Origin: Mobula hypostoma
Taxonomy: Eukaryota
Direction of reading: 5' to 3'
NCBI RefSeq assembly: GCF_963921235.1
Contig: NC_086097.1
Coordinates: 7,378,001-7,442,000, forward strand
DNA length: 64,000 nucleotides
Positions 11,607 to 23,592 of the stretch are shown here, in pieces. The notes beneath the pieces were generated by a model, which saw only the letters and a list, made by a program, of their open reading frames with translations, was not told the origin of the DNA and searched no databases. The number at the start of each line of letters is the position of its first letter. The first letter of the stretch is position 1. Both the position numbers and the translations under genes were made by a program.

Positions 11607-12020
11607 AAAATCTGGAGCGAGCAAAGGATGTTGGGAATGGTGAGGGTGGAGTGTCAAGGGAGGGGTGTGGCACAGGTGGTAGAGAAGGAATGCCAAGGGT
11701 GGAGGGTAGGACACCCAGCCCTGAGACACAAACCAAGGTCATTTGATTCCAAACAATTGGTTCATTGATCATTTCAGAATGTCCCTTTAGTGCTTCCTGC
11801 TCTCTCCCTTCTCCCATCTCCTTTTCCTAACCATGATTCCTCTCTCCCTGCCTCCTTCCAATCCTCAGTCCACAAGAGACAGCCATATCAGAATCAGGTT
11901 TATCATCACCCACATAGGTCATGAAATTTGTTCTCTTTTTGCGGCAGAAGTACAGTATTGTGCAAAAATCTTAGGCACCATGACTATACATATGTACCCA
12001 AAACTTCCGAACAGTGCTAT
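11607..12020 (+). mobile_element. Second copy of the compound MITE element (5'-truncated)
   Basis: Colinear with about 9795-10242, including the captured LINE tail and the right mini-MITE. Confidence 0.7.
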
Positions 12021-12099
12021 GTATTGAATTCAATCAAGCCAAAGTTTTGTTGTACTTTATTTAGATTTGTGCATAGGACACAGGTGTTGAGGTTAGACT

Positions 12100-13205
12100 A
12101 CCCCTCCATCTGTGTGAAGATTTGAAGGATGCAATTGTCGAAAGCATTGTATGAAGACAGTCTATTATTGGCACTAGATGTCTGCGCTGATTTTGTTTAT
12201 TTACATTCAGTCATAAGAATGTGGCAGATGAATTCTTCCCTTGATAACAATTAGGAACTAATACACAGCTTTATATTGCTGGAGTAGTATTGGTAGTATT
12301 CTCATTTGTTCTGTATTTCAATTAAATACATAAATTATTATTCAGTTAAACAGTAGTTCATCCCTTTTATACCTTTTAACTATTTCCATGAAACTTTGGC
12401 TAATTGGGGCATCTGCTTAATTGGACCAAAATGTTTTGGTCCCAATTCAAATTCAAAAAGATTCAAAAACTTTATTGTCATTCTAACCGTACATCAGCTC
12501 TGCAGGGCAGAATGAGACAGCGTTTCCCAGGAGCAGTGTAATCATAACATAACAAACGCAGCACTAAATAATAAACATAACAATAAATAGTAAAACACAA
12601 CAGCCACATGTCAGTTAAAATCAAGTTACAAGTGTCCAGTGCGAGTTAAAAGTATCCAAAAGCAGAGTCAGGTAGAGCAGCTATTTAGCAGTCTGACTGC
12701 CTGTGGGAGGAAGCTGTTTAGTAGCCTTGTGGTTTTAGTTTTGATGCTCCTGTAACGTTTGCCTGATGACAGAAGAACAAACAGTTCATGGAGAGGGTGT
12801 GAGGGGTCTTTAATGATGTACCGTGTCTTCTGGAGGCATCGACTCTGAAAGAGGTCTTGGACAGAAGGTAGGGTGACCCCAATAACCTTCTCTGCTCCCC
12901 TAACCACCCTCTGCAAGGCTTTTTTGTCGACAGCACTGCAGCTGGAGTACCAGGTTGTGATGCAAAAGGTCAGCACACTCTCAACCACGCCTCTGTAGAA
13001 CGTAGTTACGATGTTAGTGGGGAGTGATACTTGTTTAAACTTCTTCAGAAAGTGCAATCTCTGCTGGGCCCGTTTTACAATCCCAGTGGTGTTCCTGGAC
13101 CAGGTGAGATTGACCGAGATCTGCACCCCAAAGAACTTAACTTTTTCCACTCTCTCCATTGTGGACCCGTGAACGATGTGTCCTAATTAAGTGGAATCCA
13201 CTGTA
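12100..13205 (+). mobile_element. Tigger/pogo-like DNA transposon end interrupted by a Rex1/Babar insertion
   Basis: ttttggtccc|gatgtgtcctaattaagtggaatccactg-ta; same TIR type at about 15705-15731. Confidence 0.6.
12445..13175 (-). mobile_element. Rex1/Babar LINE 3' fragment
   Basis: ORF 12668-13159 (KFFGVQISVNLTW..KRAQQRLHFLKK..FYRGVVESVLTFCITTWY..NSFLPQAVRLLN). Confidence 0.88.
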
Positions 13206-13442
13206 TTTTTGAGGTGGAGAGTTTTAGATTTTGGGAATGATTGGGTCTTGCATGGATGTTTTCTCTGGAACAGAGAAGGTTATGATGAAATTTAAATGAA
13301 ATCAATAAAATTATGAGGGGCCGTTTCTTTGCTTATCTCTAAGTTCTATTTTCGAACATCTCAGCATTCAATGCCAATGGGACAGAAATTTAAAGAGCTG
13401 TACTATCAATTATTTTCTGGATATTTTTGGAGGAACTGATAT

Positions 13443-15500
13443 GACGCTGGAGGACCTCAGCAGGCCAGGAAGCATCTATAGAAAAAAGTGCAGTTGACAT
13501 TTTGGACTGAGAACCTTCGGCAGCCCTGTGTTCCTCCAGCATTTTGTGTGTGTTGCTTGGATTCCAGCATCTGTAAATTTTCTCTTGTCTGTCCAAGTAG
13601 ACCCATTGTTTCAGCCTGTCCCTGTCCCACCAAACATATCTGTATACCTCAACTCTGTTTTATCCCCCTGGTTCAGTCCTTTCCTACCTACATCCATGAC
13701 AGTTCACATGCTCTGGATCCTTTCAATGACTTTGTTCCCTGGCCCTGTTCATCTCGTTTTCACTATGGATGTCCAGTCCCTATACACCTCCATCCCCCAC
13801 CAGAAGGGCCTTAAAGACTTCTGGGTCTTTCTGAGCAAAACACCCATCCAGTTCCCCTCCACCACAACTCTCCTCTGTCTGGTGGAACTGGTCCTCACCC
13901 TCAATAATTTCTCCTTCAGCTCTTTCCACTTCATCCAGACCAGAGATGTAGCCATGTGCACTCGCATGGTTCCCTGAAATGCCTGCCCGTTCGATAGCTA
14001 CATGGAACAGTCTATGTTCCAAGCCTACACTGGTACCTCTCCCCAACTCTTCCTATGCTACATCGACAACTGCATTGGTGCTGCTTCCTATGCCCATGCT
14101 GAGCTTCTTGACTTCATCAACTTTGCCTCCAACTTCCAACCTGCCTTCAAAATTACCTGGTCTGTTTCCGACACCTCCCTCCCCTTTCTTAATCTCTCTG
14201 TCTTCATCTCTGGAGACAGTCTATCTACTGATATCTTTTACTAACTCTCTGATTTTCACAGCTACCAGGACTGTACATCTTCCCAACCTGTCACTTGTAA
14301 AAATGCCTTCCCCTTCTCTCAGGTACCCTGTCTCCACCGCATCTGCTCTCAGGATAAGGCTTGTCTTCCGGAAATACTGCGATGTCCTCCTTCTTCAATG
14401 AAAGGGGCTTCCCTTCCTCTGTTGCTCTCAGCAGCATCTCATCCATTTCACACACATCTGTGCTCACACTATCCTCCTGCTGGCTCACCAGGGATAGGGT
14501 TCTCTTGTCTTCACCTACCACCCCAGCAGTTTCCGTGTCCAGCACATAATTCTCCATAACTTCCGCCATCTCCGATAGGATCCCACCAAGCACATCAATC
14601 ACATCTTTCCCACCCCCCCGCCCCCAGACTTTCTGTTTTCCATCGGGATTGCTCACTATGTGACTCCCTTGTCCATTTATCCCTCCCCACTGATCTCCCT
14701 CTCCTGGCCCCTCTCCTTGCAAGCAGAACAAGTGCTACATCTGCCCCTACACCTCCTCTATCACTCCCATTCAGGGCCCCAAACAGTCCTTCCAAGTGAG
14801 GCCTCACGTCATCTGTGAGACTGTTGGGACTATCTACTGTACCTGGTCCTTTTTGTGGGGCCTTCTGTATATCGGTGACATCCAGCAGGAGTTCGCTTCA
14901 CCGAGCACCTATGCTCCATTCACCAAAAAAAATAGGATCTCCCAGTAGCCACCCATTTCAATTCTACTTCCCATTCCGATTCTAACGTGCCAGTCCATGA
15001 GCTCCTCTTCTGCTGTGAAGAGGATACACTCAGGTTAGAGGAACATCACCTTATATTCCGTCTGGGTAACCTCCAACCTGATGGCATGAATGCCAAATTC
15101 TCAAACTTCCGGTAATTGCCCCAACCTCCTCCACCATTCCTCATTCTTTTTTCCCTCTCTCGCCTTATCTCTTTATCTGCCCATCACCTCCCTCTGGTGC
15201 TCCACCCCCTTCCTTTTCTTCCATGGTCTTCAGTCCTCTCCTATCAGATTCTCCCTCCTCCAGACGTTTATGTCTTTCACCAGTCAACTTCTTAGCTCTT
15301 TACTTCAGTCCCTCCCTCCTCCCAGTTTTAACTATCGCCTGCTACCTTGTATATCTTCCACCCTCCCCACACCTTCATAGTCTACCTTCTCCTCTTTCTC
15401 TCCAGTCCTAATGAAGGGTCTCGGCCCAAAACATCAACTGTTTACTCTTTTCCATTGATGCTGCCTGGCCTGCTGAGTTCCTCCATCATTTTGTCTGTGT
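13443..15500 (+). mobile_element. Penelope-like element (Neptune-type), degenerate RT and GIY-YIG, with upstream inverted pLTR piece
   Basis: RPIVS, FTMDVQSLYTSIPH, VAMCTRM, LFLCYIDN (YIDD variant), CKQNKCYIC, IYC..LYIG; pLTR at about 15400-15500. Confidence 0.92.
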
Positions 15501-15509
15501 TGGTCTGTT

Positions 15510-15731
15510 TGAAAACTGATCGATCACTCTAAACATGCAGTGGTGTCTAATGGCCATGCAAATGTACATGACTGATGGTAGGTATAAAATTTTCAGCAAC
15601 AGGCTCTTGACCAAACTGCAGTATAGTGTCTCAAATAAATGAAGGCAATCCAGTCTATTTTTTTTAGGAGTTGTCCCAAATGAGTGGCTGCCCTGATTAA
15701 TTGATGGACCAATTAACCAGAATCCTCTGTA
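15510..15731. mobile_element. Tigger/pogo-like terminal fragment
   Basis: Ends ccaattaaccagaatcctctg-ta. Confidence 0.5.
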
Positions 15732-16624
15732 TAGTCTGAACCTCTGTCTAGTGTTCAACAAAAAAAAACTGCAGCTGTTTTTCCAAATCAGATTATGTGA
15801 TCAACTATTGCAAATTATAAGCAACACACACAAAATGTTGGAGTGTCTATGGAAAAGAATAAACAGTTGATGTTTTGGACAGAGGCCCTTCTTTAAGCAA
15901 AGAGTATTGATTTCAGAATAACAAATTAGCAGTCACAAATAACCTAAAGTAATGATCCCTTTGTGGTCCCCAAGCAGCTATTGGATAGTTAATCTACAAT
16001 AAATGTGAAACATTAGGAATTCAGCTGTGAAATTGTGAACAAAATGAGATTGAAAAAGAATTCATGTAGAGAATGGCATTGAACACACAAGACTGGATCA
16101 AGGCAAACACATATTAGGTTAAGAGGGCATCTCCATTACATGCCAGAATATTAACCAGCTTGCAAAGTTGAAAGAGGAAGATTAACATTTTCTGTGGTGA
16201 AACTGAAGATGATGGTGAAATAAACTGAATATTTCTGGGCATTTACTTACATTTGTAGATGACTTTCTAATATTTGAATCTGAACATTGTTGTGGTGTCA
16301 CAAACAATTACTACAAGGTTACAAAACCAAGACGATGCTATCCCAGCAGTCATGAAAAAATCTACCAAGCTCTGTAATGTAAAATCACTGAGGAAAAAGA
16401 GACTGAAAGAGAAAAGAAAGCACTTCCTGGCACTAATCATCCTTTTTTTAAATGTAGCTCTATTGCTTTGACTATCTATAATACTCTGAAATTTTCAAAA
16501 TTCTAACAATCTCAACTCCGAATGTAAAATGTCTGAATTTGTCTCCAAAATACTTAGCAACGACAATGTTCATATTGATGCTGAAATGAGAGGAAATTTG
16601 CTCTAGGAAATTTTTACAAATATT

Positions 16625-16853
16625 ACATGGAGAGCAGTCAGTCTGGTTGCAACACAGTCTGGAGCGGAGGGGCCACTGCCCAGCATTAGAGACAGCTGCA
16701 GAAAGTTGTATCTCCATCAGCCCCATCATGGGCACAAGCCTCACAGCGTCGATGACATCTTCAAAAGACAATAACTGAAAAAGGCATTTATGAAACCTAT
16801 CACCTAGGATGGGCTCCCTTCTCATTGCCACCATCAGAGAGGAGGTACAGCAG

Positions 16854-16893
<40 letters not shown>

Positions 16894-16970
16894 CAACATT
16901 TCAGGAACAGCTTCTTCCCCTCTGCCATCAGATTTCTGAATGGTCAATGAGCTCATGAAAACTACCTTAT
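16625..16970 (+). mobile_element. Rex1/Babar 3' fragment containing a (CA)n run at 16861-16890
   Basis: ccatcagagaggaggtacagcagcctg..aacagcttcttcccctctgccatcaga (NSFFPSAIR-like). Confidence 0.7.
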
Positions 16971-16972
16971 TA

Positions 16973-17128
16973 TTTTTGGATGTCCAGTCCCTATATACTT
17001 CCATCCCCCATCAAGAAGGTCTCAAAGCTCTACGCTTCTTTTTGGATTCCAGACCTAATCAGTTCCCCTCTACCACCACTCTGCTCTGTCTAGCGGAATT
17101 AGTCCTTACTCTTAATAATTTCTCCTTA
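16973..17128 (+). mobile_element. Penelope RT fragment
   Basis: DVQSLYTSIPHQEGLKALRFFLDSRPNQFPSTTTLLCLAELVLTLNNFS. Confidence 0.85.
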
Positions 17129-17431
17129 GCGTTAGAGAATCTCAGAGTAGAAGCTGAGATGATAATAGCGAAGTTAAGGTCCGCGACAGAACCGTTTGTT
17201 TCTAGTCAGGGAGTTAAATTGGTTCCTCCATTTAATGAGGCAAAAATTCAGGCTATTCCCGATGTTCCAATTCCAACTGGTTAAACTGCAGTTTAATTTT
17301 ACAGGGATATGATATTTTAATAATGCACATTAAAGGCAAAGATAATGTAATTGCCGACTGATTGTCCAGATTTTGAATTTGTAAGTAATTTTGATTTTGT
17401 ATACACTCCTGCCATATGTTATATTAGTTGT

Positions 17432-17745
17432 AGTTATTATAGGCATCCGTTAGTCTCGTGAGACCCATGGATTTGCACCTTGGAAGATTTCCAGGGTGCA
17501 GGCCTGGGCAAGGTGTATGGAAGACTGGCAGTTGCCCATACTGCAAGTCTCCCCTCTCCACGCCACTGATGTTGTCCAAGGGAAGGGCGATAGGGCCGAT
17601 ACAGCTTGGCATCGGAGTCGTTGCAGAGCAATGTGTGGTTAAGTGCCTTGCTCAAGGACACAACACGCTGCCTCAGCTGAGGCTCGAACTAGCAACATTC
17701 AGATCACTAGACCGACGCCTTAACCACTTGGCCACGTGCTAACAC
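17432..17745 (-). mobile_element. tRNA-derived SINE with CORE-like domain and LINE-type tail
   Basis: Reverse complement: A box gtggccaagtggtta, B box agttcgagcc, tgtgtccttgagcaaggcacttaac; copies at 27834 and about 56750. Confidence 0.85.
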
Positions 17746-17877
17746 AGTTGTATAGTACTGTTTGATAATTGTATGTGTATTGTGCAATTTTATAAATTTT
17801 ATAGAGTTGTATATTTTGTTAATTGTAGTGAAAATTTTGCTCTTGACTGATCAAAATTTCCTTTTCTTGGAGGGAGG

Positions 17878-18660
17878 TGTTACATATCCTGTGAGCATGA
17901 TGTAATTGTCTTGTGAGCATTATGTCATTATCTTGTGATGGGCATGATGTAATTGTCTCATGACAGTGGGGTGATGTGATGTCACGTGATGGCATGGTAT
18001 AAACGAAAAAGCCCGCCACAGTGACGCAGTTCTCATTTTTATTTTTAGAGTAACGTTGTGCCGGTAGTTTCAAAAATCGCTGCCAGTTTTTGTTTGTTGC
18101 ACCTTTGTTTTCCTTTAACATCCAGTATCGGAGAGTGAAAACATTAACAGAATTATCCGAGCAAAGGTTTGGGTAAAATTAATGTTGTTCAGCTTCTTGG
18201 GAATGATCGACCTTTTTAATCTTCGTTCGGGAATTATGGCGTACACATTTGAGTAAAACCTCTGCCAGGGAGGGAAGGTTTGTGCAGTGACCACCCTCTA
18301 GTCAAAAGGTCAGCTCCTTTATTTCTTCGTGATTCCTTTGGACAAGGCATCTCTCGGCTGAGATCAACAGATTCGTCATTGCTACGAAGAAATCGTTGTT
18401 TCGGGGAAGTCACTCCTTAATGACTGTATAAATCACATGGACCTTTGAATTTACCACTTTAAGTCTGTGCTTGGATGAGAACTCTTTAAGAACAGTTTAT
18501 AAGTTTGACTGTTTGTTCAATATAGTCACCTAACTGTTAACCTCCGGTTACGTTAGTCGTTCATTTACTTTTCGATGTTTTGAGTAGAGGTTCATAAATA
18601 TTGTTGTTTGTTTATAAAACCTGACTTAATTTCATATCCATTGTTGCTGGACACATAACA
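17878..18660 (+). repeat. 3' LTR, 783 bp
   Basis: Begins TGTTA directly after the PPT and ends TAACA; tataaa at about 17998. Confidence 0.8.
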
Positions 18661-18914
18661 CTATCCTCTTGCTTCCATCTCTTCTTGGGGAAATTGAGAT
18701 ATTGTCAGCACTTCCACACCACTTTCTGCCACACCCGGGTTGGATCGTGCCAGCAACTGCTGTGACAAAGAGAACCAGTTGATCCTCTGCACTTGGGCCC
18801 AGTCCTGTGAGTGCACACCCTGACAAGCTTATACACATAGATTGTTTGTGAGTTGATAGAGTGACGCAAAGTACAGGAGTGTCTGTACACACGGTGACTC
18901 TGACAGGAAATGGT

Positions 18915-20345
18915 CACAGAATCATAGAGCAGTACAACACAAAAGCAGGCCCTTCACCCCATCTAGTCAATGCCAAACCATTTAAACTGCCTACTCCTGT
19001 TGACTTGCACCAGGACCATAGCCTTCCATATCCCTACGATCAATGTACCTATCCAAACTTCTTGCATGTACCACCTGTGCTGGCAGCTCATTCCATAGTT
19101 GCAATAGTTCCATTTAATATCAGAGAAAAGTAAACAATATGTATCCTTAAATTCTTGACCTTCACAGACATCCACAAAAACAGAAGAGTGCCCCTCAGAA
19201 TGAGTGATTAAAAAAACATTAGAAATCCCAAACCACCCCTTCTCCCCCTCCCATGCACAAGCTGCAGCAAAGCATCGACCTTCCCTCTCCCCTATGTATT
19301 TCAGCAAAAAGCATCAGCCCCCTCCACCCACATAACAAATCCCCCACGAAAGACCACGATCTGCAGTAAATCGAAAACTAATCATTTGCCCGACAAGTTT
19401 GACATACCACAGACTCTCTCTCTCTCCCTAATAAAGAGGCAGTGAGGAGTCATTCAGCGCGAGCAGAGACGTTAACAAAACAGCTCGCTGATTTGCAATG
19501 ATAAAATCTGCTGCGTCGTGTTTTCTCTCCGAATTCTCCGACTTAAGAAACGACAGCAAACTATCCCCCACCAATGAGAGAAAGAGCACACAATTCGTCA
19601 GGTACAGAGCCCTGACAGCCAATCCACTGTTCCTGATGTTCATTCTTCCCCGGAGACACTTCAGTTGGCAGCACCGGTATAAAGTCAGCTTGTTCACAGG
19701 GCCACGAAGCCTCAGAACCCTGAAGACGCATGTGTCATCTAGGCTGCATCGTCATGAGCCCCCTAGAACAAGTCCCACCACTGCAAAGAACCGAAGTCTG
19801 AGAGTAACTCCAGGTCAGGATCTCCGACAGAACCCCATCCACTCTGGAAAAGAAAAAGAGAGACATCAGCGGTAGGAATTAAGCTGTTTCCACATGAGAG
19901 CTTGAAGGAGTTGCTGTCAAGTGCCATTGTAGCTCTGCCCTGAACTCTCACTCTCATGATGCTCTGAGTGAAGAAGTTTCCCCTCATGTTCCCCTTAAAC
20001 TTCTCACCTTTCACCCTTGACCCATGATCTCTGTCTGTAGTCCCACCCAATCTCAGTGGAAAAACCCTGCTTGCATTTACCCCTCATAATTTTAGATGCC
20101 ATAATCCAATCACCTCTCAATCTTCTACATTCTAAAGAAAACAGTCCTAATTAATTCAATCTTTTCCCCCAGACCCAGCAACATCCTTGTAAATTTTCTC
20201 TGCACTCTTTCAATCTCGTTTACATTTTTCCTGTAGGTAGGTGACCAAAACTGCACACAATACTCCAAATTAGGTCTCACCAGCATCTTATAGAACTTTA
20301 ACATAACATCCCATCTTCTGTATCCATTACATTGAGTTATGAAAG
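18915..20345 (-). mobile_element. CR1 3' remnant interrupted by another repeat (about 19105-19935)
   Basis: LVRPNLEYCVQFWSP..RVQRKFTRML and KFKGNMRGNFFTQ. Confidence 0.8.
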
Positions 20346-23055
20346 GGAACATCCTTTGTTGCAGGAGAGGTACCAGGGGATTGGAGTACTGTGTAGACAC
20401 AGTAGAAGCATTCGCGTGCAAGTCCGGTGGAGAGCTTTAAAAGGCAGGAAGATTTTTCAATGGGAGCCTTTGATTGGAATACTGTGCAGGCGCAGTAGAT
20501 GTTTTCCCACGTAAGTCTGGCGAAGAGCTTTAAAAGCACAGACTCCATAAAAGTGGGGTATGGTTTAACAGAGCAGTCATTGAAGTGGACTGAGTCAGAG
20601 TAGTAAGGCTTTGGCTCAACTAGGCTTCAGCGAGAACAAGGTAAGTAGGTAGGTTCATTCCTTATTTCTTATTTCCATTTTCTTATTTAACTCTTGAGAG
20701 AATAGGGGTATGTCTACACACCCAGTGCTCTGTTCTGGATGTCAGATGTGGAATTTCCAGGAGACTACCAGCCTCCCTGATGGCCACATCTCTATTAGGT
20801 GCATTGAGATGCAGCACCTTAGAGACTGCATTAAGGAACTGGAGCTGTTGCTCGATGACTTTCGGCTTGTTAGGGAAAGTGAAGCAGTGATAGACTGGAG
20901 CAACAGGGAGGTAATCACCCCTATGCTACAGGGGACAGATAAATGGGTGACTGTCAGGAGAGGGAAGGGAGAACATCAGATAGTGGAAAGCAGCCCATGG
21001 CCATCCCACTCAACAATAAGTACTCCATTTTGAGTACTGTTGGGGGGAGCAACCTACCTGGGGGAAGCAATAGCGGCTCTGCCTCTGGAACTGAGTCTGG
21101 CCCTGTGGTTCAGGAGGGCAGGGAAAAGAGAGGATGACAACAGCAATAGGGGACTGTATAGTTAGGGGGACAGATAGGCGATTCTCTGGATGCGAAAACG
21201 AAACACGGATAGTAGTTTGCCTCCCGGGTGCCAGGGTCCACAATATTTCTGAGCGTGTCCACGATATCCTGAAAAGGGAGAGTGAGCAGCCAGAAGTCGT
21301 GCTACGTGTTGGTACGAATGACATATACTGAAAAAGGGAGCAGGTCCTGAAAACAGAAAACAGGGAGTTCGGAAGGAAGCTGAGAAGCAGGACCTCAAAG
21401 GCAGTAACCTTGGGTTTGCTTCCTGTGCCATGCGATAGTGAGAATAGGAATAGAATGAGGAGGCAGTTAAATGTATGGCTGAAGAATTGGAGCTGGGGTG
21501 CAGGGATTTACGTTTCTGGACAATTGGGACCTCTTCTGGGGCAGGTGGGACTTGGACAAAAGGCTCAGGTTGCACTTGAATCCAAGGGGGACCAATATTC
21601 TTGTGGGCAGATTTACGAGAGCTGTTGGGATTGGTTTAAACTAATATGGCAGGGGGATAGGAACCAGTATGAGAGACTTGAGGATGAGCCAGCAGGTTTA
21701 CAAGTAGATGATGGGTGTAACGTGAACGTAAGGAAGGACAAGCCAATGATTGGGTACAAATGCAGACACAGCAAAGAGTTAAATTGTATCACAAAGGCAA
21801 AATTTAAAAGGGCGATGAATGCAGGACTGAAGGTGCTATATTTAAAAGTGGGTAGTATTTGAAATGTCATTTACTTGGATTTTTAAAGGGTATTTGATAA
21901 GGTGCAACCCATAAGGGTGCTTAACAAGATAAAGTCCAATGATGTTACAGGAAAGATACCGGCATGAATAGAGGAATGGCTGACAGGCAGGAGGCAGCAA
22001 GTGGGAATAAAGGGGAACTGGTTGGCTGCCAGTGACTAGTGTTCCTCAGGGGTCTGTATAGGGATTGCTACTTTTCACATTTTTTGTCAATAATTTGAAT
22101 AATGGAATTGATGGTTTTCAGGCAGAGTTTGCGGATGGCAGGAAGATAGGTGGAGGGGTAGGTAATGCTAAGAAGCAATGTGATTACAGCAGGACTTAGA
22201 CAAATTGGAAGAATGGTCAAAAAAGTGTCAGATGGAATACAGTGTTGGGAAATGTACGATAATGCATTTTGGTAAAAGGAAGAATAGTGTGGACTATTAT
22301 CTAAATTGGGAGAAGGTTCAAACATCAAAGATGCAGAGGGAATTAGGAGTACTCATGCAAGATTCCCAGAAGGTTAACTTACAGGTTGAGTCTGTGGTAA
22401 AGAAAGCAAATGCAATGTTGGCATTTATTTCAAAGGGAACAGAATATAAAAGGAAAGAGATAATGCTGAGGCTTTATAAGACATTGGTCTGACTGCACTG
22501 GAGTATTGCCAACAGTTTTGAGCCCCGTGACTCAGAAAGGATGTGTTGTCATTGGAGGGATTCCAGAGGAGAAATATGAGGATGATTTCAGGAATGAAGG
22601 CATTAACATATGTGGAGCGTTTGGCAGCTTTGGGCCTGTACTCACTAGAATTTATAAAAAAAAAGTGGGGATCTTATAGAAACCTTACGAATGCTGAAAG
22701 GACTGGGTGAGGTGGATGTGGAGAGGATATTTCCCATGAGGGGGGTACCCAGAACTTGAGGACACAGCCTTAAAATTGAAGGACAACCTTTTAGAACAGA
22801 AATAAGGAGGAATTTTTTTGTCAGAGAGTAGTGAATTTGTGGAATGTTCTGTCACGGACTGCGGTGGAGGCCAAGTCTGTGGGTATATTTAAAGCCATTG
22901 ATAATTTCCTGATTGGTCAGGGCATCAAATGATATAGCTATAAGGCACGTGTCTGGGGTGGAGTGTGATCCGGGATCAGCCATGATGGAATTGTGGAGCA
23001 GACTCGATGAGCTGAATGGCCTAATTTTTCTCCTATGTCTTATGGTCTTATGGAC
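20345..23055 (+). mobile_element. CR1 with 5' UTR and ORF1 (zinc finger/coiled coil plus SGNH esterase); ORF2 internally deleted
   Basis: CSGCQMW..C..LRDCIKELELLL; AIGDCIVRG, CLPGARV, VGTNDI; ORF2 start LKVLYL jumps at about 21865 to IYLDF..FDKV; intact 3' tail. Confidence 0.9.
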
Positions 23056-23059
23056 TCAC

Positions 23060-23400
23060 CGGCCTATAATTTCCTGATTAATGTTTAGAGCTTACTTTTT
23101 TAAATAGCAGAATAACACTGACTACCCTCCAGTCCTCCTCTGATAACTGTCCCATCACTAAGGATGTTTTATATATCTCTGCTAGGCCCCCTGGCAATTT
23201 CTGCATTTCCCACTCATTGGACCAAAGGGAACACTCAGGCTCTGGGGATTTATTCAGCCTGGTTTGCCTTTGGGTAGCAAACACCTTCTCCTCTGTAGTC
23301 TGTACAGGATCCATGAAGTTGCTGCCACTTTGTTTCACTTCCATAGACTCTGTGTCCATCTCCTGAGGAAATATAGATGCAAATAATGCATTTAAGATCT
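23060..23400 (-). mobile_element. CR1 ORF2 fragment
   Basis: LNALFASIF..KSPEP..EDWRVVSVILLFKK. Confidence 0.8.
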
Positions 23401-23545
23401 CAAAATTATAATGTAATGGTAATGATAATGTATAATGTATCAAAATTGTATTTTTCCACTTGACATGTAACCCATTTCTCTCTGTAGAATGGATTGGAAT
23501 GACATTAAAGACAAAGGCAGATTAACAAAATTTAACAGACAAAAA

Positions 23546-23547
23546 TG

Positions 23548-23586
<39 letters not shown>
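23546..23586. repeat. (GT)n microsatellite
   Basis: Directly visible. Confidence 0.95.

Positions 23587-23592
<6 letters not shown>

Larger units (their letters stand above)
17129..18660 (+). mobile_element. Internally deleted Gypsy (Gmr1-like) LTR retrotransposon remnant
   Basis: gag-like VKLVPPFNE; RNase H end LILQGYDILIMHIKGKDNVIAD*LSR; polypurine tract ggagggagg, then an LTR. Confidence 0.75.

Noticed and set aside
17640..17745. tRNA genes (also at about 28060-28149 and 56940-57025)
   Set aside because: These are tRNA-like heads of SINEs, joined to CORE-like bodies and tails; the 27834 copy has a clear 13-bp TSD.
21134..21600. Host or horizontally transferred GDSL/SGNH esterase gene
   Set aside because: It is the esterase domain normally found in CR1 ORF1, frameshifted and inside the element.
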